Assembly (NCBI GenBank): GCA_964234715.1 | Contig: OZ174276.1 | Source: Podarcis melisellensis | Lineage: Eukaryota | Direction: 5' to 3' (one strand) | Length of the DNA stretch: 64,000 nucleotides | Shown: in pieces, positions 1-11,326 of the stretch | How positions within the stretch are numbered: position 1 is the first letter of the stretch | Layout of the letters: every line of letters starts with the position of its first letter | The notes under the pieces: model-generated | Seen by the model: only the letters and a program-made list of their open reading frames with translations | Told to the model about the DNA's origin: nothing | The model's database searches: none | Translations under genes and position numbers: made by a program

Positions 1-843
1 TTTGAAGACAGCAGTTCTCAAATCCCACCCACCTTGCAGGGCACTAAGAAATTACTGGCTGTCTCAGTGGACTGCTTAGGCTGCAAGTTTATACCCAGGT
101 ACCTAGAAGTAAGCTACCTTGAAGTCAGTAGAACCGAGTATAGCTATATGTAGAATTGATTCAAAACTTCACACTAAACAATTACAAAGAATTTGGGTAA
201 TATATTTGCATCAGCGCATCATTTTAGTTCACAATCACTTTTACAGCTATGATCCAACTGCAGGAATTCATGTTTCAAAATAAACAATTGCGCTTCATTC
301 AGTGATTAAGCAGACACACGCCAGAAATAGACATTCATTTGTCTGAACAGTGGCCTAGGAGTTTCTGCATAGGAAGCAAGAATATTGTTCATCTCTGAAA
401 TATTGTCTGAAAGCAGGGATATATTTCACGACTGGACTTAACTGTCAGGGGTCCTTTATCTTTACCTTTTTACATGATTACCAGCAAAACAAAAAACCAC
501 ACAACTCATATATGAAATGTTTAGGGCAGCCAAGACTCACCAAAACATGGCAAACTTTTGGAGTCGTGGCAAGACTACTTGTGATAAATCATATGCTAAA
601 AGTTGCGTAAAAAATAAATGCAAGAACCAATACGTAATCTTAGGTTCCCTCAGACTCAAATCCTTATTCTTATGGACATTACATGCTCTCTCCCAAGAAC
701 TCTCAAGTTAATTAAGATATGACTTGCTCAAACCCCACTGAGTAGTCCAAGCCCAAACGCGCCTGTAGGAACCAATGGCATGGGAGCATAGACATCTAGT
801 CCATTTAGTCAGGTCTCTGTCTTTCCTCAGTAGAAAAGGCCAG

Positions 844-976
844 CTACGGGGCTGTTTTCTTCTGCGCCAGCTCAGCCAGTTGCTGCTGACGCCTCTGCAG
901 CACCTCCAGGCGTTTCTTTTCATAGTACTCATACTCCCGGGCACGGATCTCCTCTACCTCAGGGAAAAAACGATGT
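844..976 (-). CDS. Unidentified small membrane protein, coding exon 2 (HRFFPEVEEIRAREYEYYEKKRLEVLQRRQQQLAELAQKKTAP*)
   Basis: Strong acceptor tctttttgcctctgtttactgcag|A. Phase matches exon 1; 89+133=222 nt = 73 aa + TAG. Charged, helical-looking composition. Confidence 0.7.
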
Positions 977-1699
977 CTGCAGTAAACAGAGGCAAAAAGA
1001 GAGTTAAGCAAGCCATGCAGCCCAACTCCAGACCTTTGCTTATCAGGCGTCCCTCAACAAAGCTCTATCCTGCCACCCACCGTGCATGTTAGTACACACA
1101 ACCCATTCCTTTTCTGGTTGGGGAGGTTCTAAAACACAGGACGAGTCCTACCTAGCAAAGGACCACACACCGAAAAGTTCTTGGAAAAGAGAGTAATAAA
1201 ACTTCCTACAGCCATTAGACTGATTGAGAGTTCATAAAGAGCTATGAATCTGTGTGGGGTAGGAGCCTTGGGGGAAACTCCAGACAGTCTTATGCACGTT
1301 TACCCAGCAGAAAGCCCCACAGAACAATGGGGCTTACTCCTCGGGAGGGCTGCAATGGGTTTGCAAGCCTGTTTCTGCAAAAACACAAAGCCTTGCAAGA
1401 CTCGAGAGACCAAACAGATTGCATGTGGCACAAACCTTCCTAACCAAAGGAAAACCCAACCCAGCAAAAGTTTGTATCGCAGCAGATCCGCCAGCTTTTA
1501 AAGGCGCCACAGCTACACTTTGGGGGGGGGGGGTCTCCTTTGTGAAGTCCACAAAAATGGGATCTTGCAAGAGGACTGCCCCGGACTTTTTCACGGTGCA
1601 ATCCTCTGTGTGCTTATGATGCAAAAGTTCGGCGGGGATCACTCCCAAGAAAGTGAGCCGAGGGCCAAAGCCTTAAGCTGAAAGGTCAGGGAGCTGGAG

Positions 1700-2250
1700 A
1701 AGCTTGCTGGACTGTGCACTTTGTTTCCGACCTCAACACCAACCCCTGCCAGGCTCCTTGAGCGCCTCCTCCCTTTGGACTCCTGCCCAGGCCCTCTCAC
1801 GGCACCTGTACACGAAGGCGGTCGCCAAGGCACAGAAGATGCCCCCAAACAACAAGGGCTTGGACAGACGTTTCTTCGCGGAGAAGCCCGCCATGGCTGG
1901 AAGGGGCTCGGCGGCGGAGCGGTAGAGCGGACCCTCCCACCTCTAAAGGGTACTTGTTCCCCGCTAGGGTGCTGCCCTTAGTGTAACTCTTCTGCCCGTT
2001 CTTCAACGCAACATCCGGTTTCCTGCGCGTTCCTGGAGTTTTTTTCCGTGCGTGCCGGCGTGTCTCGTCCGGAAGTTCCGTGCGAGGTTTTGCTGTGCCT
2101 TCAACCGGCTGGGCGATAAAGCGAGGCCAGTGCGGGCAAAGGAAGGAGCCATTCAAGGGCAGCAGGTAACGAAGTGGGCGGGGAAACGAACGGAAATACC
2201 CAGGGTTAGATTCCTATGGCAATATCCTATCCTAGACCTCGGTTTACCTG
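1700..2250. promoter_or_regulatory. CpG-island bidirectional promoter (microprotein gene / ARMC7)
   Basis: CpG-rich. Opposed ETS motifs ACCGGATGT (-, 2011-2019) and CCGGAAGT (+, 2069-2076). Donor CAG|gtaacg at 2165/2166 is the likely end of the ARMC7 non-coding exon 1. Confidence 0.7.
1806..1894 (-). CDS. Unidentified small membrane protein, coding exon 1 (MAGFSAKKRLSKPLLFGGIFCALATAFVY+R)
   Basis: ATG in strong Kozak context (ccagccATGG) inside a CpG island. 89 nt ending AG|gtgccg (phase 2). Basic N-terminus followed by a hydrophobic segment. Confidence 0.7.
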
Positions 2251-2305
2251 TAAGCCGCCTGGAGTCCCTATCAGGGGGAAAGACGGAGTACAGTATAAGA
2301 AAATA

Positions 2306-2531
2306 CAGTGGTACCTCGGGTTACAGACGCTTCAGGTTACAGACTCCACTAACCCAGAAATAGTACCTCAGGTTAAGAACTTTGCTTCAGGATGAGAACA
2401 GAAATTGTGCTCCGGCGGTGCGGCGGCAGCGGGAGGCCTCATTAGCTAAAGTGGTACCTCAGGTTAAGAACAGTTTCAGGTTAAAGACAGACCTCCGGAA
2501 CGAATTAAGTACTTAACCCGAGGTACCACTG
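2306..2531. mobile_element. Tc1/mariner-type MITE (CAGTGGTACCTC TIR family), copy 1
   Basis: TIR cagtggtacctcgggtta...taacccgaggtaccactg flanked by TA. Confidence 0.85.
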
Positions 2532-2753
2532 TATAGACGACTACTACCACCACTACTAGTAGCAACAATAATATGTTAACCTAGGTCTTTTTCAGCCATG
2601 TTCTGGTCAGGGCAGCCTTCCAGGGATCAGAAAGTCTTCCAGAATAAATATGGGAAACCTGATCCATCATATGACATGTTTTCCCATGGTGGGGAGGACA
2701 GCCCAAAGGAGAGGGGAGTGGCAGTTGTTTCATGGGACCATTAGATCATACAC

Positions 2754-3128
2754 ACGGGTGACGCTGTGGTCTAAGCCACTGAACCACTTAGACTTGTCAA
2801 TCAGAAGGTTGGTGGTTCGAATCCCTGCAACGGGATGAGCTCCCATTGCTCTGTCCCAGCTCCTGTCAACCTAGCAGTTCCAAAGCACACCAGTGCAAGT
2901 AGATGAATAGGTACCGCTGTGGCAGAAAGGTAAACTACATTTCTGTGCGCTCTGGCTTCCATCACTGTGTCCCATTGTGCCAGAAGTGGTTTAGTCATGC
3001 TGGCTACGACCTGGGAAGCTGTATGTGGACAAACACCAACTCCCTTGGCCTGAAAGTGAGATGAGCACCGCAACCCCATAGTCGCTTTGGACTGGACTTA
3101 ACCATCCAGGGGTTCTTTACCTTTTACC
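2754..3128 (+). mobile_element. Sauria SINE
   Basis: tRNA-like head, typical body, (ACCTTT)-type tail; 13-bp TSD ttagatcatacac. Confidence 0.88.
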
Positions 3129-4009
3129 TTAGATCATACACTGGTAAATACTGTAGAAGTGGTGTTTTAAGGACACATCTACACAAGTCGCAAAGTGTTG
3201 CCCTGATGGAGTGGTAGGTTATAGTCACACAGGCTCATTTATTTTACTGGGAGCTTTTCCATAGTTATGTGGAGGAACTGGAGAGTAGGAATACTAGTTG
3301 GTGGGGCATCGATTGAATTTTTGTACGCCCTGTGTCTTCTAGTTCCCTGTTTAGTTAATATTTAAAAGAGGAAGTAGTGGGTGTTCTTTTAAAGGACATC
3401 GGAGAAATTGGCAATATTTTTTGCTGTAATTCTGAGTACACAAAGGTGAGGAGTCTAGTCATAATTAGAAAATGTTTTCTGTCAAATCGCTTCCTGCCTC
3501 ACTGAGAACCTAAGAGTTGTCCTGAACAAGCACATATAAACCATATCCGTGTTTTAAAACACTAAGGGACATGAACAGAGAGTTTGTCATACGGCAGCAT
3601 AGGAAGCTTGGAGGGAGAATGTTATATGCAAAGATCTACCTTGGAAAGTTCAGCTTCATGGTTTGTTTTCAGGTCAAAAGTAGATTTGATTCTACAGACA
3701 TGTGGAAGTACTTTTTTGAGGCAGTGGGATTTTCCGCATTTGGGGATGGAAAATGCTTTTTCTGAACGAAAAGCAAAATGCTTTTAGGAAGCCTGCCCCA
3801 TTCGAAGAATAAAGCTGTAGTTTATTCACTGCTCATATAAAATTATTAGCTTGAAATTATACGTAGTCTAAACAGGCTAAACATTAAAGACAAGGAAATT
3901 GGGATTGAAAATGGAGAAGAAATCTTTCACAGAACCTTTCAGTACTCCTGTAATAGTACGTCCTTCAGAATATTATTTCAAATGAAACTCTGCCTTTTCT
4001 TCTAGCACC

Positions 4010-4100
4010 ATGTCCCAAAACCACAAGGACCTACTAGGTCTGGGTCGCCTTGAATACCTACAGGCCCTAGTCACTGAATTCCAGGTGACTGAGAGCTCCG
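4010..4100 (+). CDS. ARMC7: Armadillo repeat-containing protein 7, coding exon 1
   Basis: MSQNHKDLLGLGRLEYLQALVTEFQVTESS resembles ARMC7 GRLGYLQALVTEFQ. Acceptor ttctag|cacc at 4005/4006; donor G|gtgcgt. Confidence 0.93.
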
Positions 4101-4447
4101 GTGCGTATAATTTATTGGCCACTAGCTGCTTTTGTTCTATGTGTATAAATGCCTTGCCCATCCTAGTTGCTTCTTTCCTCCTCTCAAGCGTTGTTGCTTT
4201 GGTAACACAGTTTTTATTCATTTTCCTCTTTAAACTGTTTAACATGGTTGCATTGTATATATTTTTGTTTGCATTAGAGCATATGACATGCAATATTACA
4301 TAAAAATCAAACAACCACAAAAACTCAAATAATCAAACATAAAAATCAAACAACCACAATAACTCAAACTCTGAATATATTAACAAAGTTGTGTAAAAAT
4401 TTATATACAAAAAATATTACCTCAAGAGTTGTTTTATATTATTTCAG

Positions 4448-4591
4448 AAGCCAAGGAGCAGGTGTTGGCCAATCTAGCTAATTTTGCTTATGATCCTAAG
4501 AACTATGAATATCTCCGGCAGCTGAAAGTATTGGACCTGTTCCTAGATATGCTCAGTGAGGACAATGAAACCCTTGTGGAATTTGCACTTG
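4448..4591 (+). CDS. ARMC7: ARMC7 coding exon 2
   Basis: [48 protein letters not shown]; tttcag| acceptor, |gtaagg donor. Confidence 0.95.
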
Positions 4592-6363
4592 GTAAGGCTT
4601 GGGTTTAAGCTAGATGCTTACTATGAATTAAAGCAATTTTTAAGAGCTTCTCTCAGCCTCCACACTTGAAATTATACTCCCACATCACTTTAGCGATAGT
4701 CAAGTTCGTCAGTCTTGGTATATGGCAGTGGTTTTTTTACCTTTACCTTTATGGCAGTGGTTACGATTGTAAGCTGGGAAGGCCTCATGGTTCAGCCATT
4801 AAATCTCTAACTGTTTAATCCTGTATACATCTGCCCAGACCTATGTTCCACTGTTCAGTGGGGCTTCCTTCTGGGTAAGCAAGCATTGGATTGCAGCCTG
4901 TGGCCTTAAGTAAACTTCTCTCTTTCTCTCTCATCAGCCTCAAACCCCCATTTAATGTTGACCTCTCTTACAATGTGTATAAAAGCAGGATTACTAAGAA
5001 AATGTGTGTGAAACATTTTAGTGTTCAATGCACTATATTAATACTGAATATCATCATCATTAAAATCTGTATCCTTTGTGGGGGCAAGATAAATCTTCAC
5101 AATTAGAAGAAATTTAGTCAGAGCAGCCAGCTAACATTGTAAACTTAGGAAAAGAGCAGTTACTGCGCCATTCCAGTTGTTTTTGGACTCCAACGCCCCC
5201 AGCCAGCACGCTCAATGGTCAGGGAACATGGGCGTTACTGTCCAGCAAAATCTGGAGGGACATAGGTTCTCCATAACCATACAACAGTATCGCTTGTGAA
5301 GAAAACACAATGGGTTAAATGTATCGGCCCACACAGTGTGGAAATAATTGTTTACTTTTATTATCATCATGCTAATTACTCAGCATCCAAAATCTTTCAG
5401 CAAATGATTCAGTTTTATTTCTCGAAGCCATGAGCAAAACAGTTGGTCCCCATGAATCCCAGGACCTGTTAACATACAGGAGATCCCACTTCTTGTAAAA
5501 GGCTGCTTAGTCCGACATGCAGAGTTGAAGGAGCAGGTGAGACACTGCTGAGCCAATAAGAGCAGGAAGCAGACAAGTTTTGAAAACAAAGGAGCATTCT
5601 CTTATGCAGAGGCTGCAGCGCTTACAGGAGCGCACAGTGCCTTCTAGTGTTGTGTGTGGGGAGTTAGTATGAATGCTTTGGTTGGGGGAAAAACCAGGAA
5701 GGCTTTTTCAAAATGAAAACAAGGTAGATAATTGCAATCAGAGGGAGTTGTTATGCGGAGAAAGAAAGAAAACAAAAAAGTTTTTAAGTTGAACAAGAAC
5801 CCAGTGGTGTTCTTTTATTGCAGATAGCTTAACCCCGCTGGGTTCTTGTTCCACTTGTTTTCTTTCTTTTCCCTCTCATAAAAAACTGTGTGTTAAGCCA
5901 ATGAGGAACCTGTGGCAGAGTGTGAAAATAGTTAAACATACACTAGTATTGCCACCAGTCAACTTCGCAAGACATAAATTACATCGTTCCCAGCCCATAA
6001 TGCCCTGTGCCTCTTGCTAGCTCTTCCCTTCAGCATCTTGTCATTTGCCAACAGATTCCAAATTCTTCTTAATCACATTTTGTAAGTGGCAGACCCCCCT
6101 TTTCTCCCCCCAATGTGTGCAATGTTTACAATTCTCATGACAGAATCTGAATATATAATAGAAGTTTTAACCTGTGTCTGCCTGGCTACAACTCCCACTG
6201 AGATCTCCCTCCCTCTAGTAACTAGTTGCTTTCGTTGTGGATGTTGGGGAAAGAGGAAGGGAAAGTCAGGACAGTGCAGAGGAAAGCACGCAAGCTACAT
6301 AGGGAAAGACTTAGATCATCGTTTCCCAAACTTGGGTCTCCAGCTGTTTGGGGAACCCTGACT

Positions 6364-6482
6364 TAATAATAAAATTAATTTATATCCTGCCCATCTGACT
6401 GGGTTTCCCCAGCCACTCTTGGTGGTTTAAAACATATATAAAAACACAACATAACATCAAACATAAAAAAAAAAATCCTGTG
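6364..6482 (-). mobile_element. L2 3' tail fragment
   Basis: gcccatctgactgggtttccccagccactct matches 16205-16235. Confidence 0.7.
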
Positions 6483-6839
6483 CAAGCAACAAACAAACCA
6501 ATAAATCAATAGAAACCAATAGCAACAATAATAAACAGTTTACAGTTATACCCAAATTAAAATTACTGCCAACCTCAACTAAACATTTAACCAATACCAA
6601 CCCAACGAAAAACAAAGGAACCAAAATAAGAAGAGTTTAAAACATTTTAGCCAGTTTCCCCAGCCCAAGAGTTGTTCCAGCAATGTCCCTCCAGCCTCCC
6701 AGAAGCCTCTTTTAGCTGTTCAGGGTGAGTCTGGGTGACTTCGATGAACCTGGTTGCCTCAATACCTGTGGCAGTGGTAAATGTGAAGTAGATGAGAAGG
6801 CTGGTCCTGTCTTTACTATCTCATTCTCTCGTACTTTAG

Positions 6840-7177
6840 GTGGCCTTTGTAACCTTTGCCTGGACAAAATCAACAAAGACTATATCTTGGAGGCAGATGG
6901 TGTCGCAGCCGTTGTCGGTGCCCTCTCCAGCTCCAATGAAGAGACTGTGATGTCCGCAGTCACCACTTTAATGTACTTGACCACCCCCCAGTCTCGCCAA
7001 CAGATCACGGCTCTTCCCGTAGTGGAATGCATGCTGCGCTTCTCCCTCTCGGCCAACCGGAGGCTACGAAACCTGGCCACCATCTTCCTTGAAGATTACT
7101 GCACCCCTCATCAGGTAGAGGCGGCCAAGGCCCTGACCGAACACACTGCCCTAGGGATCCCCCTGCCAAAGGACTGA
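6840..7177 (+). CDS. ARMC7: ARMC7 last coding exon (total 190 aa)
   Basis: [17 protein letters not shown]...[15 protein letters not shown]...ALGIPLPKD*. Acceptor ctttag|; AATAAA at 8169-8174. Confidence 0.95.
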
Positions 7178-8614
7178 CGCGCCACAGAGGGCAGCCGGAA
7201 AGCTTTTCATGGAAGAAGCAGCAGCCCTTGTGTTGGAAAAAGCCACCCCCGGAATCTCACTTTAAAAAGAGACTCTTCAGGAACTGTTAAGCACCACGAG
7301 GCATGCATCTGATGCTGTCATTTTTAGGGGCTCCTGAAATATTTTGGCACCTAGTCACATTACACCGGGCTTTGGTGGGAGGCTGGATTACACCGAGGTG
7401 TCCTGCTGCCTAGCTCTCCTGGGTAAGCCAGCCTTCCATCTGCTGGGTGGGCTTCCCACTGGCAGAAGACAGCAGGAAGCCCCAAAACAGGGCATTGCAA
7501 GGGCAAGGAGGGGCTAAGTTGAGCCAGCCCAGGATCTGCTGGATCCTAAGCTGGTCTTAGTACCAAGATGCAGTGCATTCAAGGTGAATCTGGGCCCAGT
7601 TCCTACACTGACCTGGAGATGGTGCAGCGATCTGGCCCAGTTCAAGCCTGACTGTTCTGCCCCACCGACACTACTTTGCAGCCAAAGTGAGCTGCGATGT
7701 TCCTGATGCAGTAGGGGCTCTACTGCTTGGCCAAGCTCTGCCAGCAGGGCTGGGAGATTGCCCCTTAAGCTTGTTTTTCATTCTACTGTACTGGAATGAA
7801 AGTCAGTCATTCTATTGGAATGAACGTGGGGTTCCTTGCCAATAGAAGTTCAGCAGGAATCAGGAGATGTGCCATGATTAGGCTTAGTTGTCTTGTTACA
7901 TTTTGTTATAAATCTAACAAAATCCCAATGCATTTTTACTTTCTTCCTCTTTTTTATTTTTTACACTTCCTTTCTTTTTTAAGGAAGCTTGGCAGAGTTC
8001 CATTAGTGCTTTCTTTCAATTGACTTTGCAAACTCTGCATTGTTCATACATGCTTTTGGAGTGTGAAATTTTTTAACCAACCAGATTTGATTGATGGCTT
8101 TACTGTTGTGGTGGTATTTTGTACCGCCTTGTTATATTTTCTGTGAAAGCGTGGTTTATAAATATTTGAATAAAGAACAGATAGATAAAACATTGTTATA
8201 TGGAGATTTAAATCATGCTACAGGACCCTAATAGCTATTATAGTGGATATACCTTGGAGCAGGAGAATACAGGTGGGAATCCTGTTGCACTCCAAATATA
8301 GTTGGGACTCCAATTCCCATCAGCCAGTGCGGTCAGGAATGATGGGCGTTGGAACATTTGGAAAGTCATGGGTTGCACATCCCTGCTTTAGCTGGGCTTT
8401 TTTTTCTTTAAACAGCAGAATGAACAGAAGACAGGTGAGCAATAGCGAATGGCTCAGTTGGTTAGAGTGCGGTGCTGATAATGCCAAGTTTGCAGGTTTG
8501 AACCCCGTATGGGACAGCTGCGTATTTCTTGCATTGCAGGGAGCTGAACTAGATCAGAGCTTTCCAAACTGTGTGCTGTGACATGTTACTGTGTCAGCTG
8601 CAGTGTGTAGGTGT

Positions 8615-9056
8615 TGTTAGGATCGTCGTACTCTCATGTAGGAACCTGGTAGAGACACATGCCCGACTGGCATGTTCTCTCCCTCCTGGTCGGCCGTTCG
8701 GGAGCTTCAAAAGCTTTCTCCAGCCCGAACATCACAGCAACTGATACCAAGCATCAGCACACTTAGGGATCCTGCAGAATATTTGCAGTTTGCGTAACAG
8801 ACTAAATAGCTCAGCATCTTGGCTAATCTACGTTTATTTACATATAATACACTCGGAGCATTCTGACTTAGCTCCTTCCTCTTTCTCATCAGACAGCAAA
8901 GAGAAAGAAACAAAGGACAATAGTCCCACTTTCCAGAACACAGTAATACCAAAATATCCTGTCTCCGTCACTTCCCACTATGTGGAATGAAAACATACAC
9001 TGTCATGTGATAGACAACAATCTCGTGACTGCAAACACAGAGCAAGAATCCTAACA
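8615..9056 (-). mobile_element. Solo LTR A (442 bp)
   Basis: TGTTAGGAT...ATCCTAACA termini; 5-bp TSD GGTGT; minus-strand AATAAA at 8833-8838. Confidence 0.85.
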
Positions 9057-9064
9057 GGTGTGTC

Positions 9065-9438
9065 TGTTAGGATATTTCCGTTCCACCTTAAAAAGGGAGC
9101 AGGTTGTTGTGTCACAGCCTGCGTACTTCCAGCTCACAGGAAGTTTCTGTTTTGTATATAGCTGTTGTCTCTCTCTGTGCCTCGACACGCAGGCAGGCAG
9201 TCATGTTTTTGCCTTTGTTCTGACCAACGCTGAATAAAGTTGTAAATAATGCTCTCCTGAGTGCATCCTTCGTTGTGCGAACTCTGCAAAAAGGCGTGCA
9301 CCAGTCCTTGGAATGTGGACAGCTGTTTCTGAGGCTTGTGTCGCTAATTGACTGATACTGTTCTACGGGAGATTGATGGATCGTCCGGAATCGACGTGGA
9401 GGCATGATGGCTTTTGTCTCCCTGGCAGTATGCCAACA
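9065..9438 (+). mobile_element. Solo LTR B (374 bp)
   Basis: TGTT...AACA termini; 5-bp TSD GTGTC; TATATA at 9155-9160 and AATAAA at 9233-9238. Confidence 0.85.
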
Positions 9439-9948
9439 GTGTCACGCGAATGCTTCTCCCAGGACTGGCAAGAGTTTAGTTTAGCCTCCGGTTTGCTAAT
9501 AAAACTAAAGTACTGTGTCACAAAATGATGCATGTTTAAAAAGTGTGTCGTCAACATGAAAAGTTTGGAAAGCTCTGGACTAGATGATTCTCAGGGTCCC
9601 TTCTAACTCTACAATTCCATTATTCTATTATTGTACCCTAAAATCTTAGTGCTTTGAGGTCTCCCTGTTCCTTTTCTGGCGCTGCGTATACCAGCTACTG
9701 ATCGTTTGCACTTTTATTTATCTAGATGCATGACAAAGACTCCACACAGGGATTTAACTTCTTTATAACTCACATTGTTGATGTTTAATTGGGACAAAAC
9801 ACTATTCTCTTGCAAATAGAAAATATATTTCCCTCTGATCCGGCTCACTGGGTGGGTGTCTTGCTTCATTCCAGTGGGGTTTAATGAACAGCTGGTGTTT
9901 TGGGTCACTTTCACTGCCTGTTGAAGTACACGCCACTTTCTTCAGCCA

Positions 9949-10306
<358 letters not shown>

Positions 10307-11326
10307 CTATCAGGTGAAGAAAGATCAGTATCAGAAGAATTTTAATTACAGCCTTTTTACCAAAAAAGCAAAGAAGCCAAAACACTTGACTATATCCGAC
10401 TGGTTATTTAGATAGGAGAGTCAGAGGAGACGTGAAATTATAAAGCTAGCATGAAATGTTTTCTACAAACTTTGACAGACATTTTCTCATTTTGCAAATT
10501 GCTTAGGCTGCAATCCTGAACACACATACTCAGGAATGAGTGCAGTGGGGTGTACTTCTTAGTAAACATGCAGAAGATGTATTTTTTAATCGGGCTTGTA
10601 GAGCAGAAGCTGGTGGCTTCCTGAAGCATCTGAATACCCATAGCTTAGGGGGTAGAAATTCTTGTTAACATAGGTATTCCAGTCATTGTACATTTTGGTC
10701 ATCCAGCAAAATGCAGAGATTCTCATGGGGGTTTTTTCCCCACAGAAAAGGGGGAAACATTTAAATAAATTGGGCCAAAGGGCAAGAAAAATTCAAGATG
10801 TTTTCTGTTACCTACAAGATTCACAACACAATCTTGTGCACGTTTACTCAGACATAAGCCCCACTGTGTCTTCTTCCTAGAGTTTAAGAACAGACTTCCA
10901 GAATGGATTAAGTTCGTAATCCAAGGTACCATTGTATTAAAAAAACTATATGCTTGTGTTTCGTGGGGGTACATATTCTACTTTTGTAACCAGCAAATAC
11001 ATTTGTTCCTTTTCCAGTGCAAGGTGCAATAGACGGTTCAACTGACTTGTGCCTGCAAGTTAGCATTCAAAAGCCTCTGAAATACTACCATAGATGGGGG
11101 ATCTACATCAGAGCAGGTAACCCAGTGGTGTGGAAGGGACATGAATAGAGCCTCACCTTGACAATGAAGCACATAAGCCACTAGTATTGAAGATGAGGAA
11201 CATAGAAGCAAACAAGGAAAAAGCAAAAATAAGGAATCTGATGGGAGGCTCTGCATAACACAAGGTTGGAGTCAGGGTAAGGAAGCAGAACAGAGAGAGA
11301 GTAGGGGACAGCAAACAATTGCCAAC

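Larger units (their letters stand above)
8555..9577. mobile_element. hAT-type MITE carrying two solo LTRs
   Basis: Perfect 16-bp TIR cagagctttccaaact/agtttggaaagctctg; 8-bp TSD aactagat/gactagat. Confidence 0.85.
8445..9629 (+). mobile_element. tRNA-Ile-headed SINE with CR1-type tail, split by nested insertions (head 8445-8554, tail 9578-9629)
   Basis: tggctcagttggttagagtgcggtgctgataatgccaag resembles tRNA-Ile; the tail gggtcccttctaactctacaattc matches the CR1 3' end. Confidence 0.75.

Noticed and set aside
708-1092. ORF-track ORFs 708-944(-) and 775-1092(+)
   Set aside because: Alternative-frame and antisense shadows of the microprotein exon 2; they lack matching splice or Kozak support.
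6725-6839. 5' part of the 150-aa ORF
   Set aside because: Intronic; ARMC7 similarity starts only after the acceptor at 6839/6840.
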